Made by a program: the position numbers and the translations under genes. Shown piece after piece: positions 1-8,610 of a DNA stretch of 64,000 bases (position 1 is its first letter; every line of letters begins with the position of its first letter). Source of the stretch: Candidatus Pacearchaeota archaeon. GTDB lineage: Archaea; Nanobdellota; Nanobdellia; Pacearchaeales; GW2011-AR1. The stretch is from assembly GCA_017609205.1 (NCBI GenBank), contig JAFCEL010000001.1, forward strand, positions 214,183 through 278,182, read 5' to 3'. The notes below the pieces were generated by a model. That model saw only the letters and a program-made list of their open reading frames with translations, did not search any database and had not been told where the DNA came from.

Positions 1-54
1 TTATGGGCTTATTAAAATCCAGAAGATTTAAAATGTTTAGAATCTTTATGCAAT

Positions 55-243
55 ATGGGATTAATTGTTAAATCAAATATAAAAAAGATTGTTCGGGAAT
101 TGCAGGGGAAAAATGAAGAAATAACTTCTGTTGCAGAAGAAGTAGGAAGGGCATTAGAAAGAAAAGTAGAGGAGATTTTAAGGGACGCGATAAAACGCGC
201 AAGAGAAAACCACAGACGGACACTCCATGCTAGAGATTTATGA
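55..243 (+). CDS. small histone-fold-like DNA-binding protein (archaeal histone / DUF1931-like)
   Basis: 62 aa with a short helix, loop, long helix pattern. C-terminal 'HRRTLHARDL' resembles the 'GRKTxxxxD(I/V)' L2/alpha3 signature of archaeal histones. Similarity judged by eye only. Confidence 0.45.
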   Translation: MGLIVKSNIKKIVRELQGKNEEITSVAEEVGRALERKVEEILRDAIKRARENHRRTLHARDL

Positions 244-298
244 TATCCCAGATTAAGGGGGATAGCAAATAATAAAAATCCTTTTGATTCTTTATTTT

Positions 299-733
299 AT
301 GGTTTCAAAAAAATCCGCTAATTCTTCTCGTGGAAAAAAGGCAAGGGCGGCAGGTGCGCGTTTTGAATTAAAAGCAAGAAGTGACCTAGAGAAAAACGGT
401 TGGATTGTCAGCAAATGGATGAATAATGTTGATTTAGAGAATAAAAAACTTATTCCTGCAAAGAGAAAATACAATCCTTTTTTAAGGGCACTCTCGATTG
501 GGACAGGCTTTCCAGATTTTATTGCATTTAAAAAAAACGGAAGAATAGACTATGAAATAATCGGTGTAGAGGTTAAAAAGAACGGGTGGCTTGATAAAGA
601 AGAAAAGGCAAAATGCTCCTGGTTACTAAAGAATAAAATCTTTTCTAGAATATTAATTGCAAGAGGGAAAAAAGAAGGGAGAAGACTGAATATTAAATAC
701 ATTGACTTTGAAGAAAAACATAATAAAACTTAA
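299..733 (+). CDS. PD-(D/E)xK nuclease, Hjc-like (putative Holliday junction resolvase)
   Basis: The track ORF starts at a TTG (284); the first ATG is 299. Motif order G-x-x-FE ... 'GFPDFIAF' ... 'GVEVKK' matches the Hjc G..E / PD.IA / E.K catalytic layout, with an insertion between motifs I and II. Confidence 0.5.
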   Translation: MVSKKSANSSRGKKARAAGARFELKARSDLEKNGWIVSKWMNNVDLENKKLIPAKRKYNPFLRALSIGTGFPDFIAFKKNGRIDYEIIGVEVKKNGWLDKEEKAKCSWLLKNKIFSRILIARGKKEGRRLNIKYIDFEEKHNKT

Positions 734-756
734 AACAAATAAAGATTTTATAATTC

Positions 757-1434
757 ATGAAGAAGATTGTATATCCTGTCTTTATGATTTTCTTGATTTA
801 TTTTATTTCTGCAGAAATACGCATCAACGAGATTGAAATAAATCCTAGTGAAGGAAGAAGTGGAACAGAATGGATTGAATTGTATAGTGATAAAGAAATA
901 GACATTTCTGGTTGGGAAATTTATGATGGTCTAACAAGTCAAACAAAAAGATACATCATCCCCGAAGGAACAAAAATAAAGGAGTTTTATATTATTGAAT
1001 TTGAAAGAGCTGTCCTAAATAATGGGGGAGACTTTATTATTTTAAAAAATAAAGAAAGTGTAGTTGATAAAACCCCTGTTCTAAAAGAAAGTGTTTATTC
1101 TTCTAAAACATGGCAGTATTGCGATGGAGAGTGGGATTTTCTAGAAAAGACAAAGAATAGAAAAAATAATTGTAAAGATGAAACAAATGAAGATGAAAAA
1201 ATAGTCGAGAAAGCGCTTACCTATGAAACAAAAAAGGAGAAGAGTGATTCAATGGAAAAAATAAATACTAAAGAAACAATTAGACTCATTCCAAAAAATA
1301 TAAAAGATAAGAATTTCTTAGAAAAAATAGACAAGAGAGATTTTTCCTTGTATGGACTGATAGCATTCAGTATCTTACTCTTGTTTTTGTTTATACTAAA
1401 AATACAAGGATCAAAGAAAGATGAACTCCAATGA
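757..1434 (+). CDS. secreted/anchored lamin-tail-domain (LTD) protein
   Basis: N-terminal signal peptide. 'IRINEIEINPSEGRSGTEWIELYSDKEIDISGWEI' matches the LTD pattern (INE...NP...EWIEL.N....L.GW). C-terminal hydrophobic helix followed by a basic tail. Confidence 0.7.
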   Translation: MKKIVYPVFMIFLIYFISAEIRINEIEINPSEGRSGTEWIELYSDKEIDISGWEIYDGLTSQTKRYIIPEGTKIKEFYIIEFERAVLNNGGDFIILKNKESVVDKTPVLKESVYSSKTWQYCDGEWDFLEKTKNRKNNCKDETNEDEKIVEKALTYETKKEKSDSMEKINTKETIRLIPKNIKDKNFLEKIDKRDFSLYGLIAFSILLLFLFILKIQGSKKDELQ

Positions 1435-1888
1435 TAATATCAGGGCAATAGTAATTTTAGAAATCTTAGGAAGACCTCCAGAACATTTAAAAGAAACGCT
1501 GGAAAATCTTACAAAGAGTATAGGGGAAGAAAAAGGGATTTTTATTGTTGAAAAGAAAGTTAGTGAGCCCTCCCCTCTTAAGGAAAAAAATGACTTCTAC
1601 ACCAGTTTTGCAGAAATTGAAATTGAAATTGAAAATTTATTCAGTCTTGTTTTTTTAATGTTTAAATATATGCCTGCCCATATTGATATTCTCACTCCTG
1701 AGAAAATCTCTATGACAAATACTGAATGGAATGATATTCTTAACGAACTTACAAGAAGACTTCATGGATATGATGAAGTCGCAAGAGTTCTTATGACAGA
1801 AAAAGCAATGATGCAGAAAAAGATTGAGGAATTAATAGGAAAGGGTAAGAATAATAAAAAAACAAAGAAAAACAAAAAGAATTCTTAA
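1421..1888 (+). CDS. hypothetical protein with Lys-rich C-terminal tail
   Basis: ATG start overlapping the upstream gene by 14 nt. Coding-like composition. No recognisable motif. Confidence 0.45.
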   Translation: MNSNDNIRAIVILEILGRPPEHLKETLENLTKSIGEEKGIFIVEKKVSEPSPLKEKNDFYTSFAEIEIEIENLFSLVFLMFKYMPAHIDILTPEKISMTNTEWNDILNELTRRLHGYDEVARVLMTEKAMMQKKIEELIGKGKNNKKTKKNKKNS

Positions 1889-1947
1889 TCATACAATCAC
1901 TCTCAGAAGATTCATTTATTAAAAATACAATAGATGATTAATAGATA

Positions 1948-3369
1948 TTATTTCTTTCCAAATTTCTTCTTAAACTCCTGCAAGCGTTTCAAAGCATCTT
2001 TTTCGAGTTTTTTGTCATCTTCTGATTCCTTTGATACTTGCCTATAAGGGACTTCTCGGGGTGGTTGCAAAGGAACCTCTTTATTTGAGATCCCTGGTCT
2101 CTTCTCAAAAGGGAATTTTGGCTTGCTCTCAATTTTTCTGTATTTTAGAAAAAACCATATTAAGAACCCTATAACAAGGACAATCAAAATCCATCCGAGC
2201 CATCCAAAAGAACCTTTCTCTTGTTTTATGCAAGACCCTTCGCAACAGACTCCATCTTTCGCATAAGTTATCTCAACAGAACATTTCTCTCCCTCAAGGC
2301 ATGTCCTTCCGCCTAAATCACTGCAGGTTTTTATTACTGATTCTTTTATTTCAGATTCAGACAGCTTATAATCCCTAAGATAGATTAAAGTTAATGCAGA
2401 ATAAGTGTAAAGTCCTGAATCTGTTTGCGCCTTCAATTGTCCTTCTATAACCTTTTCTTCTAAACTTTTGGAAAAATACAAGCCGATTTCTGCTTCTTCT
2501 CCAACATCAAGAAATTCTATATTTTTTATCGGAATTAATAAATAGGGATTTAATTCTTCTGAAAAAGAGATTTGAATATTAGATAAAGGTTCTTGCCCAG
2601 TATTCTTAATAGCAACTGTCTTAACTAATTCTTCCCCTGTAGGTATCTTTATTTGAAGCTCTTTTGAATCAAATTGAAAATTCTGCTCTTTCTTATTTGA
2701 TACAGGTGTTGCAAGGACATATAGAGGGATTTCGTAATATGTTTGGTTACCTGTGTAGATAATTATTTTTTTAAGAGAATCTTCTTCAATATCCTTAACC
2801 TTGAAAGACAATTTTTGTTTTGCTCCAGAAATAAGCGAGAAAGAATTTTCATCTCCTTCATTGAATTCTCCAAAAGAAGAAGAGTAATATGTTCCTTCAT
2901 CTCCAGAGACAGTCTCTATTTTAAGATTGATTATTATTTTGTTCTCCTGCAAATTCTGCATTTCCACATCAAAATCTCCAGATGTTACTATTACTCCTGG
3001 GTCAACCCAGAAATCAGATGTCTGATTTGTTATAGTGAAATTTTTTATTATATCCTCCTCAACTACCTGACTTCCCTTCATATATTTAACATCCTCTAAC
3101 CTAACAGAATAGTTTGCAGGATTTTCAGGAAGTTGTGCATAAAGATAATATTCTTCACCTATTTTTGTTAAATGAGGCTCAATTGAGACTCTTACATGTC
3201 CCCTGTAGAATCTTACATTTTCTTTAGTGACAGCATCAACAAAATTTGCAGAGAAAGTGGATATTAAAGTTTCCCCTTGAGAATAAGTTTCTTTCATATT
3301 AAATTCAACTGCAGAAAATAAAGGGGATAACAAAAATAAGACTGCAAAAAATATTATTGGAATCTTCAT
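1948..3369 (-). CDS. surface protein: signal peptide, beta-rich ectodomain, one Cys-rich module, TM helix, Pro/Lys-rich tail
   Basis: N-terminal 'MKIPIIFFAVLFLLSPLFSA'. Module 'CSDLGGRTCLEGEKCSV...DGVCCEGSC'. TM 'WLGWILIVLVIGFLIWFFL', then a roughly 75-aa basic/Pro tail. Confidence 0.6.
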   Translation of the reverse strand: MKIPIIFFAVLFLLSPLFSAVEFNMKETYSQGETLISTFSANFVDAVTKENVRFYRGHVRVSIEPHLTKIGEEYYLYAQLPENPANYSVRLEDVKYMKGSQVVEEDIIKNFTITNQTSDFWVDPGVIVTSGDFDVEMQNLQENKIIINLKIETVSGDEGTYYSSSFGEFNEGDENSFSLISGAKQKLSFKVKDIEEDSLKKIIIYTGNQTYYEIPLYVLATPVSNKKEQNFQFDSKELQIKIPTGEELVKTVAIKNTGQEPLSNIQISFSEELNPYLLIPIKNIEFLDVGEEAEIGLYFSKSLEEKVIEGQLKAQTDSGLYTYSALTLIYLRDYKLSESEIKESVIKTCSDLGGRTCLEGEKCSVEITYAKDGVCCEGSCIKQEKGSFGWLGWILIVLVIGFLIWFFLKYRKIESKPKFPFEKRPGISNKEVPLQPPREVPYRQVSKESEDDKKLEKDALKRLQEFKKKFGKK

Positions 3370-3476
3370 AAGAAAAACAAAGAAAACTAATTTAAATAAT
3401 TTATCTAATTATACACAAATTTCTTTTGCATCAATATCCTGAGATTAAAAGAATAATATTCCCGGGTCTTTTTAGA

Positions 3477-5270
3477 TTATTTTCCAATCTCCCTTAATCT
3501 TTTCAAAACATCATCGATTTCGCTTGATTTTTTTACAGGAGTTTTATGAGGAATTCTCGATGATGGAGGAAGAATCCTTCTCGGAGTTGTTCTCGGATGA
3601 ACAGGTCTCAACATTTGACGCGCAAGTCTTGAACCTGGCTTTCCAGGTTTTGTTTTCTTAAATTTGGACTTAAATTTATCATAATAAGGTTTTAACCTAT
3701 CCCTAAATATTATCGCTAATATAAGAAGAATAATCAGAATAATTAAAAGCCAAATCCACCATAAACTCTTTCCCTCTGAAGAATCTTTTTTCATACAACA
3801 AGAATCCCCATAATCACAAGAGTAAGAAGGATTTTCCTCCTCTCCACTCTCACAAGAATAAGGCCTACAAGTTCCTCCATAAGATTCGCAATCTGCTCCT
3901 GATTTTCCTGAACTTTGCTCACACCTTCCTCCAACACAACAAGACTCTCCGTAAGATGCATCAGAAGATTCAACTGTTGTTCCTCCAAGACATATCTCCT
4001 TGGAACTACATATTTTTCCTCCCTGCTTTGAACAGGACTCAAGAGGAGGTTTAGTATCACAGCACATGAAAACTCCTGAGCAAGAATAATCCTTGAGAAT
4101 ATTCCCTTCGCAATTTATCTCAGGCATACAATAATAACCAGCATCCTCACAATCTAAAGAAGAGGATTTTGAAGAATAAGATTTCTTAGGCCAAAGAGAA
4201 TAAAGAAGAAAAGCATTATTTCTTATGTTGCCTCCGTCCCAGCATCCATCTCTTCCCTGAATCTCCAAAAGCCAGTTTTTTGTATTGCTCTTCTCAACAG
4301 GATCTTCATACTGAAAAGGTAAAAGTGCAACTGCAGAATCATAAAATTTATCTCCTGATTCATCCCAGTATTGATTCTTCTGCTTAAGAAGAATGTTTGC
4401 TCTGAAATCAGAAGAGCCAGTGAGCAAATATAAAAATGCTTCTGGAAGAAATTCTTCATTATCTTCATACATAGTTATAAGATAAGGTAAATAAGAAGAA
4501 ACATCATAACCCAAATGGTCAAGGACTAATGTTGCCCATAAACTTCCTTCATAATCACATCTCCCAGATTCTGAGAAACATTTGAAATCGACTTTTTCAT
4601 AAGTTGTTCCTTCTGCTGAAGCAGAAGAAATTGATTCAGAAACATGAATTGTCGAAGAGGTTTTTTTCTTGTATAAAAAAGTCGTCAAAAATTGCTCGTC
4701 GCAGGATATTTCAAAGGTATAATCATAACATGAAGGAGAAACCTTAAGCCACCAATCACCACTTGATAAGCTCAAACAATTTCCAGCAGAAGAACTTAAT
4801 TTCTTATCTTCTCTTATAGTTATTTTATATGATGCTCCTCCATAACTTATTGTGCATCTTGTTTCAGATGGGCTTTCAATTTCTAAATACCACACAATAT
4901 CTTCAGGCGTAGTATTTTTTGTCAAGAGCCAATTCTCTGCATTTAAAGTAGAAGAACCAGCATTATCAAGAGCTAAAATCGCTTGAGCAGTTGTCTTTAT
5001 TTTACAATCAGATTTTGGCCAACACTCATTCTCATTCCATGCATCAGCCAAAACTTCTTCCTTGCACTTTCCTATTGCAAGAAGAGAGAAAATATTATCT
5101 TCTAAAGAAGATGAACAGTCATCCCCAAGTTTTGATTCAAGACATTTATAAGCATCATCCACTTTTGAAGATTCATCGAGGGGATTTGCAGTTTCATTTT
5201 CTGCAAAAATAAAGGGCATAACTAAAAGTGCAAATAGAAAAACCCCTAATAATAACACCTGCTTTTTCAT
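3477..5270 (-). CDS. surface protein with alpha/alpha-toroid (prenyltransferase/terpene-cyclase-like) repeats, three Cys-rich modules, TM helix and basic tail
   Basis: Signal peptide. Repeated '..A.A.LAL...G' and 'DGCWDGGNIRNNAFLLYSLWP'-type helical repeat motifs. Three C..GG..C....C...CC..(G)xC modules. TM 'LWWIWLLIILIILLILAIIF'. Fold assignment by eye only. Confidence 0.5.
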   Translation of the reverse strand: MKKQVLLLGVFLFALLVMPFIFAENETANPLDESSKVDDAYKCLESKLGDDCSSSLEDNIFSLLAIGKCKEEVLADAWNENECWPKSDCKIKTTAQAILALDNAGSSTLNAENWLLTKNTTPEDIVWYLEIESPSETRCTISYGGASYKITIREDKKLSSSAGNCLSLSSGDWWLKVSPSCYDYTFEISCDEQFLTTFLYKKKTSSTIHVSESISSASAEGTTYEKVDFKCFSESGRCDYEGSLWATLVLDHLGYDVSSYLPYLITMYEDNEEFLPEAFLYLLTGSSDFRANILLKQKNQYWDESGDKFYDSAVALLPFQYEDPVEKSNTKNWLLEIQGRDGCWDGGNIRNNAFLLYSLWPKKSYSSKSSSLDCEDAGYYCMPEINCEGNILKDYSCSGVFMCCDTKPPLESCSKQGGKICSSKEICLGGTTVESSDASYGESCCVGGRCEQSSGKSGADCESYGGTCRPYSCESGEEENPSYSCDYGDSCCMKKDSSEGKSLWWIWLLIILIILLILAIIFRDRLKPYYDKFKSKFKKTKPGKPGSRLARQMLRPVHPRTTPRRILPPSSRIPHKTPVKKSSEIDDVLKRLREIGK

Positions 5271-5304
5271 AGTTGAGATAAAGAAGAGATATTTATAAAT
5301 TTCA

Positions 5305-6555
5305 CTATTTCTTTTTATGATTTATCAAACTTTTTTTTATTGTATAATTTACAGGGTTTTTTATTTTAACACAGAATTCATCAGGGGCACAAACACCAAT
5401 TCCTTGATAAAATTCCTTACAGTTTGGAGGCATAAGAGGTTTTCTTTTATAACTCCAAGATAGTTGAGATTTTATATAGCCTTCTTTTAAAGGAATCTTA
5501 TTTTTTTTATTCCATTCATAAATTTTCTTTTCTAATTCTTCTCTCTCCATTCCAACAGAACGTAAGAGATTTATCAAGATAAATACAGCCCTTTTCCTAC
5601 CGTCAGAAATCCCACTTAAAATTTTCTTAATACAAGGTGGAAAATTAGAATCAGATAATTTATCAATTTTTACTGGCCTGAAACCAGAGAATTTTTTTTC
5701 TTCCTGCAAATTATTTTCTCTATACCAATCAAGAGCTTGCATTAAAAGTTCTGATGCTTCTCCTTCTTCTACTCGCGGATAAAAATCTCTTACTTTAACT
5801 TTCATAGGATTTGCATCTTTAGGACTAAATTTCTCCAATTCTTCCTCATCAAGAACAACACTAGAAAGTGCAGTTTTCTCATGAAGAGAATAGGGTGTCC
5901 TAAAGAGATGTCTAGGAGAGACAAGAACCAAATCAGGCATTACTTCTTTAGGAGCCTGGAAATTTTTTACATATCTGCTTGGTTTTTCTAAATCAGAAAT
6001 TTTCTCGATTAATTGTTTTTTCGTCCTTTCAATGATATACCGAGTAATTATCCTGGGATAATCAGGAAATTTTTCAGACGTTTTTATTTCATTTATCTTT
6101 TCAGGAAAAGATTTCCAAGGAATTATTATATGGAATCCTTTTGAACCAGAGAATTTTATCCTGAAATTCTTTATTCTATGAAACTTAAGAAGATTGATTA
6201 TCTCTCTTGCCATAATTTTTGAATAATCAAGATATCGGCTGTCAATATCAATTAACAAATCCCATCCAATCCGCAGTTCATTTGCTTGTTGTTCATTCAT
6301 TCCTGTTTGAATTTGCAAAGGATCAGACCAGAGTTCTTCTGAACAATGGAAAGAGGTTGCTCCTTTTTTCACTAATTCAAAAATATCGCCTTGATATTGA
6401 AAATAATCAGGCCTCTTGCCAAAACCCTCAAAGTAGCGAGGGCAAATTTCGCGATGTTTTGAAAATTCAAAGATTGCCTTTTGAACTTCAGGATTAGAGT
6501 AATAAAGAGAAGTTATCTTTCTTATACGCTGCTCTTTTAGAGAATATTCTGACAT
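5305..6555 (-). CDS. priS: DNA primase, fused catalytic subunit PriS plus PriL C-terminal (Fe-S) domain
   Basis: AEP catalytic core 'WDLLIDIDS' and 'FSGSKGFHIIIPW'. C-terminal 'NFPPCIKKIL...GRKRAVFILINLL' matches the PriL/p58 'FPPC' motif, and three further Cys ('PPNC','GVC','EFC') give four candidate Fe-S ligands. Confidence 0.85.
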   Translation of the reverse strand: MSEYSLKEQRIRKITSLYYSNPEVQKAIFEFSKHREICPRYFEGFGKRPDYFQYQGDIFELVKKGATSFHCSEELWSDPLQIQTGMNEQQANELRIGWDLLIDIDSRYLDYSKIMAREIINLLKFHRIKNFRIKFSGSKGFHIIIPWKSFPEKINEIKTSEKFPDYPRIITRYIIERTKKQLIEKISDLEKPSRYVKNFQAPKEVMPDLVLVSPRHLFRTPYSLHEKTALSSVVLDEEELEKFSPKDANPMKVKVRDFYPRVEEGEASELLMQALDWYRENNLQEEKKFSGFRPVKIDKLSDSNFPPCIKKILSGISDGRKRAVFILINLLRSVGMEREELEKKIYEWNKKNKIPLKEGYIKSQLSWSYKRKPLMPPNCKEFYQGIGVCAPDEFCVKIKNPVNYTIKKSLINHKKK

Positions 6556-6625
6556 AAGTTAATGAATCAGAACGAGTTTAAATAAATAATCTATAATGAA
6601 AAATAACAATTAATTTAAAGGTAAA

Positions 6626-7375
6626 ATGTCTGATTTTGAGATGTTAGTCAAAATAGAGAATCCTCTCACTTTTACAAAAGTAATTGAGATCATATCTGAG
6701 TTGGTCTCAGAAGTAAGAATGAACTTTAATGAATTTGGAATGAGCATTACAGCTATTGACCCTGCAAATGTTGCAATGGTTGGGTTCAGGATTCCAAAAA
6801 GTTCTTTTTCCCAATTTGAAACAGGAGATGAAGTAATAGGAGTCAATTTAGATAATCTTAAGAAGATTATGAAAAGAACAAATTCTGGAAGTTCTGTTAT
6901 ACTCAAAAAAAGAGAAAATCTTCTTGATATAGAAATTCAAGACAGAATAAAAAGAAAATTCAGTTTAAACCTAATTGATATTGAAAATGAAGAAATTGAT
7001 TTTGAAGAAAAAACATCAAGAATGATGTTTAGTTCAAAAGTTGAACTAAATTCTTCAGATTTTATTGATTCCATCGAAGATTGCATTGTTGTTGCAGATG
7101 CATGTTCTTTTATAATTGAAGAAGGCAAATTTATTATTGAAGCAAAAGAAATGAATTCAGCAAGAGCAGAATTTTCTGATGAAGCATTAATTTCAGGCGA
7201 GAATTGTAAATCAAGATATAGCTTAGAATATCTCTCCAAGTTTACAAAAGCATCAAAACTCTGTGACAAAACAAAGATAAGCCTTGCAAATAATCATCCA
7301 CTTAGGATTGATTTCAAGATTAATGCAATTGAATTAAGTTTTATTCTTGCTCCAAGAGTAGAAACAGAAGATTAA
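6626..7375 (+). CDS. pcn: DNA polymerase sliding clamp PCNA
   Basis: 249 aa, the typical PCNA length. 'GMSITAIDPANVAMVGFRIP', 'GVNLDNLKKIMKR' and C-terminal 'LAPRVE' are characteristic. Divergent from the primase gene. Confidence 0.9.
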   Translation: MSDFEMLVKIENPLTFTKVIEIISELVSEVRMNFNEFGMSITAIDPANVAMVGFRIPKSSFSQFETGDEVIGVNLDNLKKIMKRTNSGSSVILKKRENLLDIEIQDRIKRKFSLNLIDIENEEIDFEEKTSRMMFSSKVELNSSDFIDSIEDCIVVADACSFIIEEGKFIIEAKEMNSARAEFSDEALISGENCKSRYSLEYLSKFTKASKLCDKTKISLANNHPLRIDFKINAIELSFILAPRVETED

Positions 7376-7620
7376 AACCGAATCCAGTATAAAAGTGCCC
7401 CTAAATTCCCTAAGAATTCTAAAAACTTGCTATCAGATTCTTTTTTATGAATTTTAAGGGACTCTTCATTAGCAGGAACTGAATAACCCACTGCATTAGG
7501 AGAAACTAATTCATTCTGAAAATTATATGCAGGAGGAGAATGAGTACATCCTCCAAAAAGAATTAATCCAGCCAAAGAAGAAACTACCAACTTATCCTTT
7601 ATTGTTCTCCTCATGTACAT
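7372..7620 (-). CDS. small hypothetical protein with lipobox-like N-terminus
   Basis: 82 aa. 'SLAGLILFGGC' resembles a lipoprotein signal. No other support. Confidence 0.3.
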   Translation of the reverse strand: MYMRRTIKDKLVVSSLAGLILFGGCTHSPPAYNFQNELVSPNAVGYSVPANEESLKIHKKESDSKFLEFLGNLGALLYWIRF

Positions 7621-7658
7621 TAATTACCAAATAAAAGAATATAAACCTTTTGAAAAAG

Positions 7659-7666
7659 TTTATATA
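7659..7666 (+). promoter_or_regulatory. candidate TATA box (TTTATATA) upstream of the RHH gene
   Basis: 'gaaaaagTTTATATAg' matches the archaeal BRE/TATA consensus, 43 nt before ATG 7709. Other A/T-rich candidates exist (for example 7673-7680). Confidence 0.3.
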
Positions 7667-7708
7667 GTATTATTAAATATATTTAGTAATATAAAGTAAT
7701 ATCCAAAT

Positions 7709-7843
7709 ATGAAAGTTAGAATTTCTGCAACAATAGATAAAGAAACCTTAAAAATTGTAAAAGAATTTCTAGAAAAAGGAACATACAGAAATAAATCACA
7801 TGTTATTGAAGAAGCAATTAAATCCTTGAAGAGAAAGAAATGA
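7709..7843 (+). CDS. ribbon-helix-helix (CopG/Arc-like) transcriptional regulator, 44 aa
   Basis: Not in the ORF track (under 60 aa). My translation is MKVRISATIDKETLKIVKEFLEKGTYRNKSHVIEEAIKSLKRKK, a beta-strand, helix, helix pattern typical of RHH proteins. Its TGA overlaps the next ATG (ATGA at 7840-7843). Confidence 0.6.
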   Translation: MKVRISATIDKETLKIVKEFLEKGTYRNKSHVIEEAIKSLKRKK

Positions 7844-8610
7844 AAAGAGGGCAAGCAACAATTTTTATTATTGGAGGAGTAGTCCTAATAAGCTTTCTAG
7901 TTTTCTTCTTTTTATTTAAGGGAAAAATAATACCTCCAAAACTAGGGAGCAAAGAAACAAACCCCAACCTTTTTCTTGAATCATGTATAGAAAAAAAGAC
8001 AAAAGAAGCAATAAAGATAATGGCTCCTCAAGGAGGGTACATTAATCCTGAATTTAGTTTTAAATTTAAATTTAGCGACGGAGATTTCCAGAATATATCT
8101 TATCTTTGTTATACTCAGAATTATTATATTCCCTGTATTAATCAAGAACCAATGTTAATTGAACATTTAAAAAAAGAGATAAAAGATTATATTGCAGAGG
8201 ATGTTGAAAATTGTTTTGATAGTTTTATTTCTGATTTGAAAGAACAGAACTATGAAGTAAATTCATCATATTCTGGATTTGATATTGAATTAGCCCCTAA
8301 AAAAATCTTAGTTAAGATATACGGAGAAATAATCACTGAGAAAACAGGTGAAACATTAAAACGAGAGAATTTTGAGGTAAGGATTCCTACAAAGATTTAT
8401 GATTTAGCAATTGTTGCTCAAGAAATTATCAGCCAAGAAGCAGAATACTGTCATTTTGACCAAGTAGGATTTATGATTCTGAATCCAAAGTTCGAACTTA
8501 ATAAATTCAAGACAGGAGATTCAGATATAATTTATACAATAATAGATAAAGACAGTAAGGAGGAATTTCGATTCGCAGTGAGAAGCTGTGTGATACCACC
8601 AGGAATGTAA
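7840..8610 (+). CDS. prepilin-like (class III signal peptide) Cys-containing protein, paralog A1
   Basis: 'MKRGQATIFIIGGVVLISFLVFFFLF' is a basic stretch, then RGQ, then a hydrophobic helix. Collinear with 12458-13231 (GG.INP, YLCYT..YY..C, F.FA.RS...PPG). Confidence 0.65.
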   Translation: MKRGQATIFIIGGVVLISFLVFFFLFKGKIIPPKLGSKETNPNLFLESCIEKKTKEAIKIMAPQGGYINPEFSFKFKFSDGDFQNISYLCYTQNYYIPCINQEPMLIEHLKKEIKDYIAEDVENCFDSFISDLKEQNYEVNSSYSGFDIELAPKKILVKIYGEIITEKTGETLKRENFEVRIPTKIYDLAIVAQEIISQEAEYCHFDQVGFMILNPKFELNKFKTGDSDIIYTIIDKDSKEEFRFAVRSCVIPPGM

